DNA of 64,000 nucleotides from Octopus bimaculoides (taxonomy: Eukaryota). Location of the stretch: assembly GCF_001194135.2 (NCBI RefSeq), contig NC_068993.1, positions 13,537,831 through 13,601,830 of the forward strand, given 5' to 3'. Of the stretch, positions 51,411-64,000 are shown piece after piece. The translations under genes were made by a program, and so were the position numbers. The notes beneath the pieces were generated by a model. That model saw only the letters and a list, made by a program, of their open reading frames with translations. It did no database searches and was not told the DNA's origin. Each line of letters begins with the position of its first letter. Position 1 is the first letter of the stretch.

Positions 51411-53868
51411 AATATACATGTGTGCGTGTATTTGTGTGTGTGTGGAGGGGCGTGTGCGTGCGCGCTAGGAAATGCAGTACCTATTTCTCGTTTAAAAAAC
51501 ATTAATCACATACGCCATGAATATACATATATAAACGTCATCATACCACCCTTGTTACGTCAGCGTTTTTAACCTTTTTGCTATGCACAATAACCATATT
51601 CTCACTACGATTCTTCTTCGTCTTTAACTGACCATTTTCAGGCGCTGTAGGCTAGACTATAATATTGACTGACTGCCGAACTATATCTAATTATATAAAC
51701 ATGGAAATATCGAAACGATTGTCCTGTCAAATCTGGTCGTCGCCACCGTTATGAAACCAATCAGTAAATAGTATTTTATATGTAAATATTAATATATGGA
51801 TTAGTTAGACACACTAGTGTCAATTGCTTTGTACTTTGGGATATGGAAGTAATATAAAAACGAACAGCTATTGTTTTGTTTGCTCTGTTTGAGCAAACAC
51901 TTAGTAAACGTGATGTCCAAACTATTGCAGATGAAAAGAAATTTTGCGTGAAATACTGTGAAACCTAATCCACAAACAATCTGATAACACGAAATTGTTA
52001 ATTCTAATTGATTTGTATAAAGTTGTTTGAGTCTTTACTTTTGTGTTGGTATTTATACATTGATTCCTGGATAAATACATGCTTATATTTCATGTGTATT
52101 ACAAGTGGTGTGCGAACAGAGGTTCTAGAATGTAGAAAGTCTATACAACATTTTTTTATGTTCATAGTTCAAATCACACTGATTTTTTTCTATTATGTCT
52201 CTGGCGATTGTTTAAAAAGTATTAAAGTATTAAAAGATATACATACATACATACGTACATGCATGCATTCATGTACGTATGTATGTATGTATGTATGTAT
52301 GTATGCATGCATGTATGTATGTATATACGTATGGATGTATGTATATACCTATGTATATTTAGGTGTATGTATTTGAATATTTATATTCCTACACAAACAT
52401 ACTGCGAACGATTCATTCATCTCCACACTACTCTGTCTTATCGACCCAAGAAGATTGAGAGGCAAATTTGACCACGGTATACATTTTGCTCAGGACATAA
52501 AAATTGGAACTAATAAAAAAAGACAACTTCTCTTAAAATTTTACGTTTCTACCAAATCACCACACTTTTACATAATAATGCTTTCAACATTTGGCACAAG
52601 GAAACCGGCTCCATCATTTACTATATTTTATTAAACCTTTTTTGATGTCCTTACAAAAATTCTTCACACTGATGAAAATGATAATGCATAAATTTAATTA
52701 TAATTACTACGGTTATAATTTGTCTTACATATTTGCATTGTATGTATTGAATACTATTTTGTATTAAATCTAACTTTGATTCAACATTTTTCTCCTCTAT
52801 TTTTCTATAATTGTTTATGGTATTTTTTTATACGTATAACGATAGTTTACAACTGCTAATTTCATATTCTTATTACTTGTTTTGGCTGTTTTTTTTATGA
52901 ATATGATGAATCTTTATTAGAAATCATTCTTTCACTCTTTTTGGATCTCTCAAAAAGTTTCAATTGTTCTCTTTTGAACTTATTTTCCCCCATATATGTA
53001 AATATATATACATATGGATATACATATAGATGTGTGTGCCTGTGACATGGCTTTCAATCATAATATTAGTCTACTAGAATAGATATCAGGCTTAAAATAA
53101 AAAAAAAGAATAGGAGCATATTTAAAATAGTTTATATGGATTGTGCGGATGTTTGAGAATGTGTGTGCTTTGAGACATCAATGGGTTAATTTTTCGGTTA
53201 TTCCAGTTTTATTGAGTGAATGGTGTGTAGAAAGCAAAGAGGCTGTTAAACAATGTAGTATTTACAAGAACACCGCCACCAGCAGCACCACCACCAACAA
53301 CAACAACAGAACTACAAGAACATTGACAATAAAAATAGCAACAGCAACAACAACAACAAAAACAACTACATGACCGTGTAACAGCAACGTTTCGAGATGG
53401 TTCGGTAGCTTACCTCACAGAGTTTATAAACCTCACAACATGTAGAGCTTAAAGAGGCGTGATTTCCACTAGAGTCACTCGCTATTTTTACACTTCATAA
53501 ACGCCAACTGTTTACGCGTGCATCAACTAGATCAACAACATAAGCATCCACATATACGCACGCATACAATTTTATTCATATATTTATTAATGTATGTATG
53601 CATGGATGTGTTTCTTACTCATTGTTGTCCTAGTCTCCCCAGTTTATATACATTGTGCAAATTTTTGCCAGTTCGTATGTCTGTGACAGTTATCTCCTTG
53701 ATATTCATGTTATATTCACCTTAAATAGGCTCTAACAGCAGCATAATTCGCAGTAAAGAATTATTCATACACATCTCTGTGAAATAATTCATAACAATAT
53801 AACAGTATATATATATTTTTTTTTATTTTAAAATAATTCGTTAATAGTAATTGGCTTCTTTATAGCAA

Positions 53869-54192
53869 GTGAAGGCGCGTGGCTTAGTGATTACGGCATT
53901 CGGCTCGTGATTGTATGGTCGTGAGTTCAATTCCCGGCGACGCGTTGTGTCCTTGAGCAAGACAATTTATTTCACGTTGCTCCAGTCCACTCAGCTGGCA
54001 AAAATGAGTAGTACCTGTATTTCAAAGGGCCGGCCTTGTCACACCCTGTGTCACGTTGAATCACCCTGAGAACTACGCTAAGGGTACACGTGTCTGTGGA
54101 TTGCTCAGCCACTTGCATGTTAATTTCACGAGCAAGCTGTTCCATTGATCGTATCAGCTGGGACCCTCGTCGTCGTAACTGACGGAGTGCTC
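53869..54192 (+). mobile_element. tRNA-derived SINE family C, full length, with 11-bp TSD
   Basis: A box TGGCTTAGTGA, B box GAGTTCAATTCCC, central GTGTCCTTGAGCAAGAC block, 3' module shared with family B. TSD CTTTATAGCAA at 53858-53868 and 54193-54203. Confidence 0.9.
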
Positions 54193-54489
54193 CTTTATAG
54201 CAAACATAAATTTATTTCCCTGTCTTTATTTCTGCAGTCATTTTTCGGAGAGACTTTTGCTAAATACGTGAAATTATTTGCGATGTATAACCAACAAATT
54301 TTATATCAGCGAGGTTTAATATTACGCCTAATAATTATACTTCATTCTACATTACATTATTTGAACTTTTAATTGATATATGTCATATTTTCTAAACAAA
54401 ATAAAGATTAGCTTACATTACTAAATTTCCAAAATTTATATATAGTACAGGTTCAAATTTCTTTTCATAATGCATCTTTTAACTTTTAT

Positions 54490-54935
<446 letters not shown>

Positions 54936-57699
54936 TAGCTGACTCTATCCAGCGATGGTATAAACATCCAAGTTAATTCCTCGTGTATGACAAATTAATC
55001 AAAATATCGTTTAGAAGAATTGCAAGAAATTCCATCTAAAAGATAATAAATTTAACAATGGAAAATGTCGCATCTTTAATTGTAAGTTGCACCATGCAAT
55101 ACTGACGATCGTTTCTGGTGTGTCAACATATTTATATACAGAAAATATCAGTTAAACCAGTATATCCGAAAATATAAGTTGACACAACAGAAACGATCGT
55201 TGGTATTGTATAGCGTTATCACCAATTAAAGATGTGGTTTTCTCCATCCTGTTGTTTTTTTGTGAATTCTCCCTATACATACATACATACATGCATACAT
55301 ACATACATACATACATATATATATACATATATATATATATATACATATATATATANNNNNNNNNNNNNNNNNNNNNNNNNNNNNNNNNNNNNNNNNNNNN
55401 NNNNNNNNNNNNNNNNNNNNNNNNNNNNNNNNNNNNNNNNNNNNNNNNNNNNNNNNNNNNNNNNNNNNNNNNNNNNNNNNNNNNNNNNNNNNNNNNNNNN
55501 NNNNNNNNNNNNNNNNNNNNNNNNNNNNNNNNNNNNNNNNNNNNNNNNNNNNNNNNNNNNNNNNNNNNNNNNNNNNNNNNNNNNNNNNNNNNNNNNNNNN
55601 NNNNNNNNNNNNNNNNNNNNNNNNNNNNNNNNNNNNNNNNNNNNNNNNNNNNNNNNNNNNNNNNNNNNNTATATATATATATTTATATATATATATATAT
55701 ATATATCACAAGCTTCTCACCGTTTTCATCTACACAATTAATTCACAAGTTGGTTCGTGGCTATAGGAGAAGACACATGCTCTAGGTGCTGTGCAGGGGG
55801 ATTGAATTAATGGAAGCTTTATTTCAAAATAATTAAAATAAACTCATACTGCTGCTATTCTAATGGCAGAGAAAATAAATACATCGGTGTCTTATGCCTG
55901 GAAATGTACACTTTTCCATCACATGTAATCTGGTCTTCCCTCTCGGAGAACTTCAGAAAACGATTTTACTCTTCACATAATATAAGAGTTTTGAGTGCAG
56001 CTGGCACCACAAGCGGCGGTGATCCTGCTTAAGTACTGGTTGATTCCAGCAGTCATTATTTTAATCTACTTTATCGATTCATGCAAGATCACTTCATATT
56101 CATGTGTTAACGAATAACTTTCTAACCTATAGCATGTCATTTGTTTGATTTTATGAATCCGTTATATATAGATGAATACATTTCCTATAGCGTTTGTTAT
56201 ATTTAATCATACACAACTATGCACATGATCCCAATCATGATTAACCCTTCGTTAGTCACCTGACCTTTCCGAACATGGTTAGTCACATGAAGTCTTTATA
56301 CACACCCATACAAACATGTTTATAGTTTTAGTATTATGCAAAATATACTGATTCTGTTGGTTCAGGATGTATCTGGAATCACTAATGGGAAGTTTGAAAG
56401 CCTTGTAACTGAATAATATTAATATAAGACATTAGAATAAAATAAATTATAAAATTAAGGAACTACTAAAAAAATCTTAGATTCAGATCACTTTTATTTT
56501 GAATATACTCACAGAGTACACCATTTTGTGAAACTTTTTAATATCTATGATGAATATTGACGTTAAATAGATGACACAACAGGCGATCTGCGTTACAATA
56601 TGCATTAAATCAAGGCTTGAGCTAAAGATAATTATTCATTGAAACGAAACCTGCGTTAGTCACACGGGGTGACTAGACCAAAACGACCTCCCATGACATC
56701 TGAGCCACGACTGCGCCACACCACCTGCAATACACACTTACTGAGTCAGAAGAGTAGATGAAGGGAGCAAACGAAAAATAAGTTACCAAATAGAAATTAC
56801 GAGCATTTAGAAAAATGTGGGTGGACAACACACCCCATGTGGTTAACGAAGTGTTGATCGCTCTCTGAGAGTCGTCACCTTGTTGCGGTGAGAGAGTTAG
56901 TTGTAATGACTTCACTAGCATTGTTGTCAGGAGTTTCTAAATCCAAATAAGACTACCGATTGCAGAACTGCTGTATTTAGATCTTGTCTGAATTTGATAT
57001 TAACTAAGATAGTTGTAGTAATGTAATGTTTTCCTAATATTATTCAAACTTCTAATTAACGTCAATATTGTCTTCTTAATAAAAAATTGAATTAATCAAA
57101 ACGATGGAAGTGGATATCGCCACTCCTTGATATTAAGCTGACAAACTGACAAACTGGCATATACAGCACTCTTGTAGGCATATAACGATACCCCTATCAA
57201 TTCAACGAAATCATATAAAAGATATTTCCTTCATTCTTTCTAAACCCAATTACCACTAACTGTGGTGAGATGAAGCAAAATTAAATACTCAATCCATGTA
57301 AAAGATCAATGTAAATATTTTTCACGAAGCGAAACCCAATCTGTCGCATCACGCTTCTTAACGAAAGTTAACCTGCAGCAATCATTCCATGTGAAATCTT
57401 TAAACATGGGGCTCGGAAGGATAGTGTATTTTTTAAGGGAAACGAACAGTGTGAAGAAGGGAGCCTTTAATACTTTAAAGAAAGAAAACAAGGCAAATAA
57501 AGACACGTGTCATTTATCTTGGTGGTGTCAGTGATTGTAGTTTGGCGCTCGTTTATACTGGGTGAAAATTGGGGTATTTTTGGCACGTGTCGACTAATAC
57601 ATTTTCAGTCAAATTTGGTTGCCGAAACTGTAGAGAAGTCTAACTCGTAAACCTATATACGTGTGTGTATGCGCTTGTATGTATGTGTGTGTGTGAGAA

Positions 57700-57746
<47 letters not shown>

Positions 57747-59108
57747 AGAGCGAATGAGGGAGAGAGTGAGGGACAGAGAGAGAGAGAGACTGAGTCTGTG
57801 TCAGTGATTATATTTATGTCTCGTAAATTCGTGGTTTCACAATTCAGCATCGTTAAATCTGCTGCCGGGCTTAGAAGTCGTTACTGGCATCGATACGATC
57901 AAACCAAACCTTGAAAGTACGGCTGCTGTATAACGACTGAAACCAATGAAAAATAAATAAATGAATGAACATCAAAAATTTGGCGATTAGATATTTTGTC
58001 AAAGAATGCATGCAGCAGATTTGAATTAACATTGCAAAAGTTTGTACAAGAATGCACTATCTACAGAATGTCTTCAATAAAATATGAACTTATGATACTA
58101 ACTTTGTCTTTTCTCATATCTACGCTTCTTTTCATCCAATGTTTCTATTCATTTATATCTTCTTGGTATTATTTCTTTCGTTATTAATACGGAACTTCAG
58201 CAATTATACATACATACATGCATATACAAACATATAGTTATCTAAATATATCTATATATATAAATACATACAAATATACATACATATATATACATGCATT
58301 TACACACACACACACACTCACACACACAGACACACACACATATATTTATATACATATATATATATATATATATATANNNNNNNNNNNNNNNNNNNNNNNN
58401 NNNNNNNNNNNNNNNNNNNNNNNNNNNNNNNNNNNNNNNNNNNNNNNNNNNNNNNNNNNNNNNNNNNNNNNNNNNNNNNNNNNNNNNNNNNNNNNNNNNN
58501 NNNNNNNNNNNNNNNNNNNNNNNNNNNNNNNNNNNNNNNNNNNNNNNNNNNNNNNNNNNNNNNNNNNNNNNNNNNNNNNNNNNNNNNNNNNNNNNNNNNN
58601 NNNNNNNNNNNNNNNNNNNNNNNNNNNNNNNNNNNNNNNNNNNNNNNNNNNNNNNNNNNNNNNNNNNNNNNNNNNNNNNNNNNNNNNNNNNNNNNNNNNN
58701 NNNNNNNNNNNNNNNNNNNNNNNNNNNNNNNNNNNNNNNNNNNNNNNNNNNNNNNNNNNNNNNNNNNNNNNNNNNNNNNNNNNNNNNNNNNNNNNNNNNN
58801 NNNNNNNNNNNNNNNNNNNNNNNNNNNNNNNNNNNNNNNNNNNNNNNNNNNNNNNNNNNNNNNNNNNNNNNNNNNNNNNNNNNNNNNNNNNNNNNNNNNN
58901 NNNNNNNNNNNNNNNNNNNNNNNNNNNNNNNNNNNNNNNNNNNNNNNNNNNNNNNNNNNNNNNNNNNNNNNNNNNNNNNNNNNNNNNNNNNNNNNNNNNN
59001 NNNNNNNNNNNNNNNNNNNNNNNNNNNNNNNNNNNNNNNNNNNNNNNNNNNNNNNNNNNNNNNNNNNNNNNNNNNNNNNNNNNNNNNNNNNNNATATATG
59101 TATGTATC

Positions 59109-59142
<34 letters not shown>

Positions 59143-60867
59143 CATGCATGATTGTATGCATATATTGCCAGTGTTATATGAAAAGCACCAAAAAGAACGA
59201 AGATAATTGAAGAGGAGCAAGTTTTAGCAAATATGTAAGCATGTGCATACATGTATATGTAATGTGTACATATGCGTATATAAATGTGTGTGCATAGATA
59301 TATACCAATCATAGATACTAATATATGTTTGTGAATATATATCTAAGCAGGCAGGCAAACACAAGAATATATGTGCATATGCAAATAACGTGCATATAAA
59401 TACGAGTTCAAACAAATACACACACTAAGGGCACACACACACACACGCACATATATATATATACATATATATATATACATATATATATATATATGTATGT
59501 ATGTATATATATATGTATATATATATACATATATATATATACACACATATATATACATATACATATATACATATATATATGTATATATATANNNNNNNNN
59601 NNNNNNNNNNNNNNNNNNNNNNNNNNNNNNNNNNNNNNNNNNNNNNNNNNNNNNNNNNNNNNNNNNNNNNNNNNNNNNNNNNNNNNNNNNNNNNNNNNNN
59701 NNNNNNNNNNNNNNNNNNNNNNNNNNNNNNNNNNNNNNNNNNNNNNNNNNNNNNNNNNNNNNNNNNNNNNNNNNNNNNNNNNNNNNNNNNNNNNNNNNNN
59801 NNNNNNNNNNNNNNNNNNNNNNNNNNNNNNNNNNNNNNNNNNNNNNNNNNNNNNNNNNNNNNNNNNNNNNNNNNNNNNNNNNNNNNNNNNNNNNNNNNNN
59901 NNNNNNNNNNNNNNNNNNNNNNNNNNNNNNNNNNNNNNNNNNNNNNNNNNNNNNNNNNNNNNNNNNNNNNNNNNNNNNNNNNNNNNNNNNNNNNNNNNNN
60001 NNNNNNNNNNNNNNNNNNNNNNNNNNNNNNNNNNNNNNNNNNNNNNNNNNNNNNNNNNNNNNNNNNNNNNNNNNNNNNNNNNNNNNNNNNNNNNNNNNNN
60101 NNNNNNNNNNNNNNNNNNNNNNNNNNNNNNNNNNNNNNNNNNNNNNNNNNNNNNNNNNNNNNNNNNNNNNNNNNNNNNNNNNNNNNNNNNNNNNNNNNNN
60201 NNNNNNNNNNNNNNNNNNNNNNNNNNNNNNNNNNNNNNNNNNNNNNNNNNNNNNNNNNNATATATATATATATATATATAAGTGTGTTTATATATATATA
60301 TTAATGAATGATATTCTTAATTTTCAAGTTCATGTCTGTAGTTTCTGTTTTCACAATTTTACAGCATTGCATATTTTAATAGTGCAAGTACTTTCATGCT
60401 TTTCACAATTTTCACGTTTATCTAGCGGTAATAGTAACCGGTAGTTTTGCATCACAGTTGATACCTCGTGACACCAATGTGTTTGTACTTTAAATACTTT
60501 TTAATAACCTCCAACTGACTGAATCTTACAGACAGTATTTTAAGTAATCAGCGCGAGGTATAGATGTCACGATTTGACTAGCGCGCAATCACATTTGACA
60601 TTGACAGTGTTTATTCATACAATCATTTCAATTAATCTGTGACGGCTTCAGCTACATCAAAATTTGAGAAACACCTGATACTCTGAATAGTGTTACAACC
60701 TTAGATATTTAAAAATGAATGTAATATTACTGTTAGAATTCCTACTGTTTTTAATAAGAAATACACTTAAATTTCATCAACATTTCTTTTATTATTATTA
60801 CCACTATAACCATTACTATTATGACCATGATTATCATAATTATATTATTATTATTATTATTATTTTA

Positions 60868-61244
60868 TGTTTGACTTTTGTTTTGCATTTGTACACGTTG
60901 GATCCAAGTCTCACTCAGAGACCTCAAGAGACAACAAGTTACAAGTTCATGTAGGTGTTATGCCTAGGGTACCATATATTTGGATTTGTACAGTTTTGTT
61001 CAAGTGAATGTTTAAGAAACCATAAGAAAATTATGTGTTTGCTTTAAAATTTGAGATCACATAGACAGTATTTTACGTAGGATATGGGCAGTTCCCATGA
61101 GCACTATCTTTTGAACTTCAGCCATTTTGGGATTTCCTGGTATCTGAGCTAGGTAGTAATCAGCCCGTTTCGCTGTCATTCCCAGGGCACCTATGACAAT
61201 AGGTATTGTTTTCGTCTTCAGATTCCACATTTTGCTAATTTCTA

Positions 61245-61245
<1 letters not shown>
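60868..61245 (-). mobile_element. R4/Dong-like RLE retrotransposon 3' end flanked on both sides by (TAA)n
   Basis: 61057-61245 minus is an open frame IEISKMWNLKTKTIPIVIGALGMTAKRADYYLAQIPGNPKMAEVQKIVLMGTAHILRKILSM*. (ATT)n lies at about 60840-60865 and 61250-61340. Confidence 0.88.
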
Positions 61246-61327
<82 letters not shown>

Positions 61328-61429
61328 CATCATTATTGACTTTGGATCTGCATGTTTGTTACAATCACTTGCCGAGACACACCCAGCGTCCTACGTCGAG
61401 TGAAGGATAAGAGATGTTACAGTATGACT

Positions 61430-61641
61430 AATTCTACTCGTGATCAGAGAGGCACATATCGTCAGCCATTAAAGTACATGTTGAACTAGTTAAGGTCAAG
61501 CAACTGACAAGCAAACCTGTGGCATTGAAAAGAATATTTTCTGCAGCCTATCTTTTATACCAAAACAAAGTACATGATAGCACTTCCAATCAGTTAAGAT
61601 CAAAAGCCATGAGAGTCACTGCCGAGTACTGCATCAGGACA

Positions 61642-61642
<1 letters not shown>
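61430..61642 (-). mobile_element. Multi-copy element end abutting (TAA)n, probably the 5' end of a TAA-associated retroelement
   Basis: Minus strand begins right after a long (AAT)n run (61641-61745). A homologous decayed copy lies at 23630-23790. Confidence 0.5.
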
Positions 61643-61710
<68 letters not shown>

Positions 61711-62047
61711 CATCATCATCATCATCATCATTATCATTATTATTATTGTGTAAACATCTCAATAAATTTCTTTTCTCTTTGTCTTCTTCCCGACTTGACT
61801 CGTTACACAGATTGTAAACTGGGAATGTTATAAACATTTTCAGAGAGCACCAAAATACTTGTATTATTTTAATGTTATATTGTAAGATTCCNNNNNNNNN
61901 NNNNNNNNNNNNNNNNNNNNNNNNNNNNNNNAAAAAAAAAAAAAAAAAAAAAATAAAAAAAAATCTGTCTATGTTGGAATTTCAATGACTAATATCTTTA
62001 TTTATACCAAATCACACCAAATCTCATATTTATATACTTTTATTGTA

Positions 62048-62820
62048 TATACGCCAAAATGTCTGGAAAACATTGAACAGCATCAACGGTGTCGGAAATG
62101 ATCTTAAAGGAAATAAATTACAGTTTGTCAACACTTATCTCGATGATAGATACATAAACATTTATTCTACGTGAAATGGAAAAAACATCATGCAGACGAA
62201 AATCAAGTAAGTGAACGTCTAAATTTTGAAACGAAGAATTTTCTGAAAGTCTATCAACAGTTGTAAAGAACCCAAGAGAAAGTTTACCATCGCAACCATC
62301 TTGGATATTAAGACTTAACGAAACAAATTTAGAATAGGAAACATATAGAGAAAGATAGAAGATATGGACCACATGGCAAAATTCTTTCAATTTACGAATA
62401 AAAAAAAAAAGAAATTTTCTGGAAGACATACAAATATGAGAAATATGCTGAAATATATTCTAATTGGATTAGCTTAGCTGTACCCGTACTTCCTAACAGG
62501 TTCGTAATTAAAGAAATTTTAGGAGACCTGGAGGAGGAAACTAAACTTAGATGAAAATTCGCTATGACGAAATTAAGAATAGATATAGCCATTAACCCAT
62601 GTAAGCAATCTCGTTTCAAGATTGAATACGAAACTTCTAGAAACAAATTCTTGAGGAAACATTAAAAAAATGAGAGTGGACTAGGGATATTTCAAAAGAA
62701 ATCAAGAAACAAATGAAGACATTCGTGACAGAGAAAACAGTCGTTTTTCGATGAATATGCTGCAAATTATGATAAAGATTTCATAACATTATGAAACAGA
62801 AATAAAAGAAAACTGACTCA
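62048..62820 (+). pseudogene. Unidentified decayed coding-like sequence, probably transposon-derived
   Basis: Protein-like open stretches on the plus strand broken by stops or frameshifts, e.g. IRQNVWKTLNSINGVGNDLKGNKLQFVNTYLDDRY and YSNWISLAVPVLPNRFVIKEILGDLEEETKLR*KFAMTKLRIDIAIN. No family assigned. Confidence 0.3.
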
Positions 62821-63037
62821 TTTCTGCAACATGCAGCAAATCACACGGTGACATAAACTGTCGTTTGGCAGTGAATTGACGTTCAACAACTGAAAGAACT
62901 CTTTACTATGGCAAAATATAAGGAACCATCATAATACACATCAGATCCACCAAAACCATGTTCCTTAGATCAAGAAATTACAGGAGGAAAAACCATGATG
63001 AGGTCATTCTCAAGATTTCAATAGACATCAGTTAGGA

Positions 63038-63406
63038 GTGATTGTCGTTGGAATTTCTACGAGTTTACAAGCTCCAATTTTGGCCTCCCAATTTCTCCGA
63101 TTGTAATCTCATGGACGACATTGTGCGGGGCGTGGTTGAGAATGATAGTAAGCGCCTTGCCTGCAAATAAGCCAATATTGAGGTGGTGTTCGAAGGTCTT
63201 CCCACGGCCATGGTGCAGAACGTATACTTTTGGTTTCGGAGCCGTTTTGAGGCAGATGGTGGAAGCTGAAGGTGTTTCCTTCGAGTGTTATCTCCCAGCC
63301 ATAATCTGGATGATATTCTTTGATATTTTTAGATACTTTTATTTTCCGATTGGATATTGTGTTCTCGTTTTATGCATACTGTCAAATTTAGCCCGAACAA
63401 TCTGTA
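63038..63406 (+). mobile_element. Tc1/mariner DD37D (maT-like) transposon 3' fragment with TIR
   Basis: NFYEFTSSN/FWPPNFSDCNLMDDIVRGVVEND (cf. FWPPNSPDxNPxDYxVWG). Ends GTCAAATTTAGCCCGAACAATCTG+TA, whose reverse complement TACAGATTGTTCGGG resembles a TA-CAGGG TIR. Confidence 0.8.
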
Positions 63407-64000
63407 AACCATATACTTTAGGCTTCTAAGTGTTATCTCATGATATTTAGGTTATCGGATATTTTCATTCCTTTTATTTTATGTATCCACAGCAAAAAGT
63501 CGATCACGAAATATTGCTGGATTCTATAATTGCTTACCATTGAAATTCAGTAATATAAATGCATTCCAAAAGCAAAATTTAAATAATATTTGATCGAAAT
63601 TTATATGTCCAATTTATCAATTGTAATTTTAATTTCTATCGTTTTCTGATTGAAATGAAACCCCGAAATATATCAGACTGCTAACATTACTTAGAATGCT
63701 CTTCGTTAATAATTTTGTACATGTTAAGAAGGACCTTCTGATGCAACTTGATATTGCCTTTTTAATAAGCCACCCCTGCCTGTTTAATAACGTCTAAGAT
63801 AAAATGAATGTATATAAAAAAATTGAGTGAGTTTCTCTTCAAACCGTATCTTGGTTCGATAACTGTTACTTTCTATTCAAAATCATTTGGTTATGGCCTT
63901 GTGAAAGGAAGAAATTCATCTTCGATAACATTTCTCAAGAATTTTATGTCTGGCATGGGAGAAAAGAAAGAACTACTTGAGATTTCTATTTTAAACAGTG

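Noticed and set aside
56673-56921. GC-richer island with minus ORF containing YCRWCG
   Set aside because: A single CxxC with no further zinc ligands; no consistent exon frame found.
61560-61645. HDV-like or hammerhead ribozyme at the 5' end of the TAA-abutting element (CCTGATGC, internal hairpin)
   Set aside because: A hairpin exists, but the P1/P1.1/J4-2 order of HDV ribozymes and the GAAA of hammerheads could not be placed.
63641-63678. CUGAUUGA...GAAAUAUAUC hammerhead-like string
   Set aside because: Helix II cannot form and helix I is only 3 bp.

Overview
Eukaryotic, strongly AT-rich, microsatellite-saturated scaffold with 17 N-gaps. No host protein-coding gene could be supported. The repeat families look like those of octopus (coleoid cephalopod) DNA; this is recognition from memory, not a database result. 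The window is a mobile-element graveyard. It holds at least five tRNA-derived SINE families built from shared modules, four Tc1/mariner transposase relics (DD34D and DD37D types), RTE-clade and CR1-clade LINE 3' ends, several R4/Dong-like RLE retrotransposon pieces sitting in (TAA)n repeats, and a DINE-1/HINE-like Helitron derivative. The most interesting signal is a set of minimal type I hammerhead ribozyme motifs in three unrelated short non-autonomous elements. One is a G3-C8 covariant hammerhead (11974-12024, minus). Two lie in a tRNA-headed SINE with a Penelope-like tail, present as a head-to-head pair (33883-34433). One lies in a 323-bp monomer with a partial direct repeat and an inverted copy, resembling a retrozyme or Penelope pseudo-LTR (45087-45563). 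All folds were worked out by hand and none is experimentally tested. Most ORFs in the supplied track are artefacts of N-runs or simple repeats.
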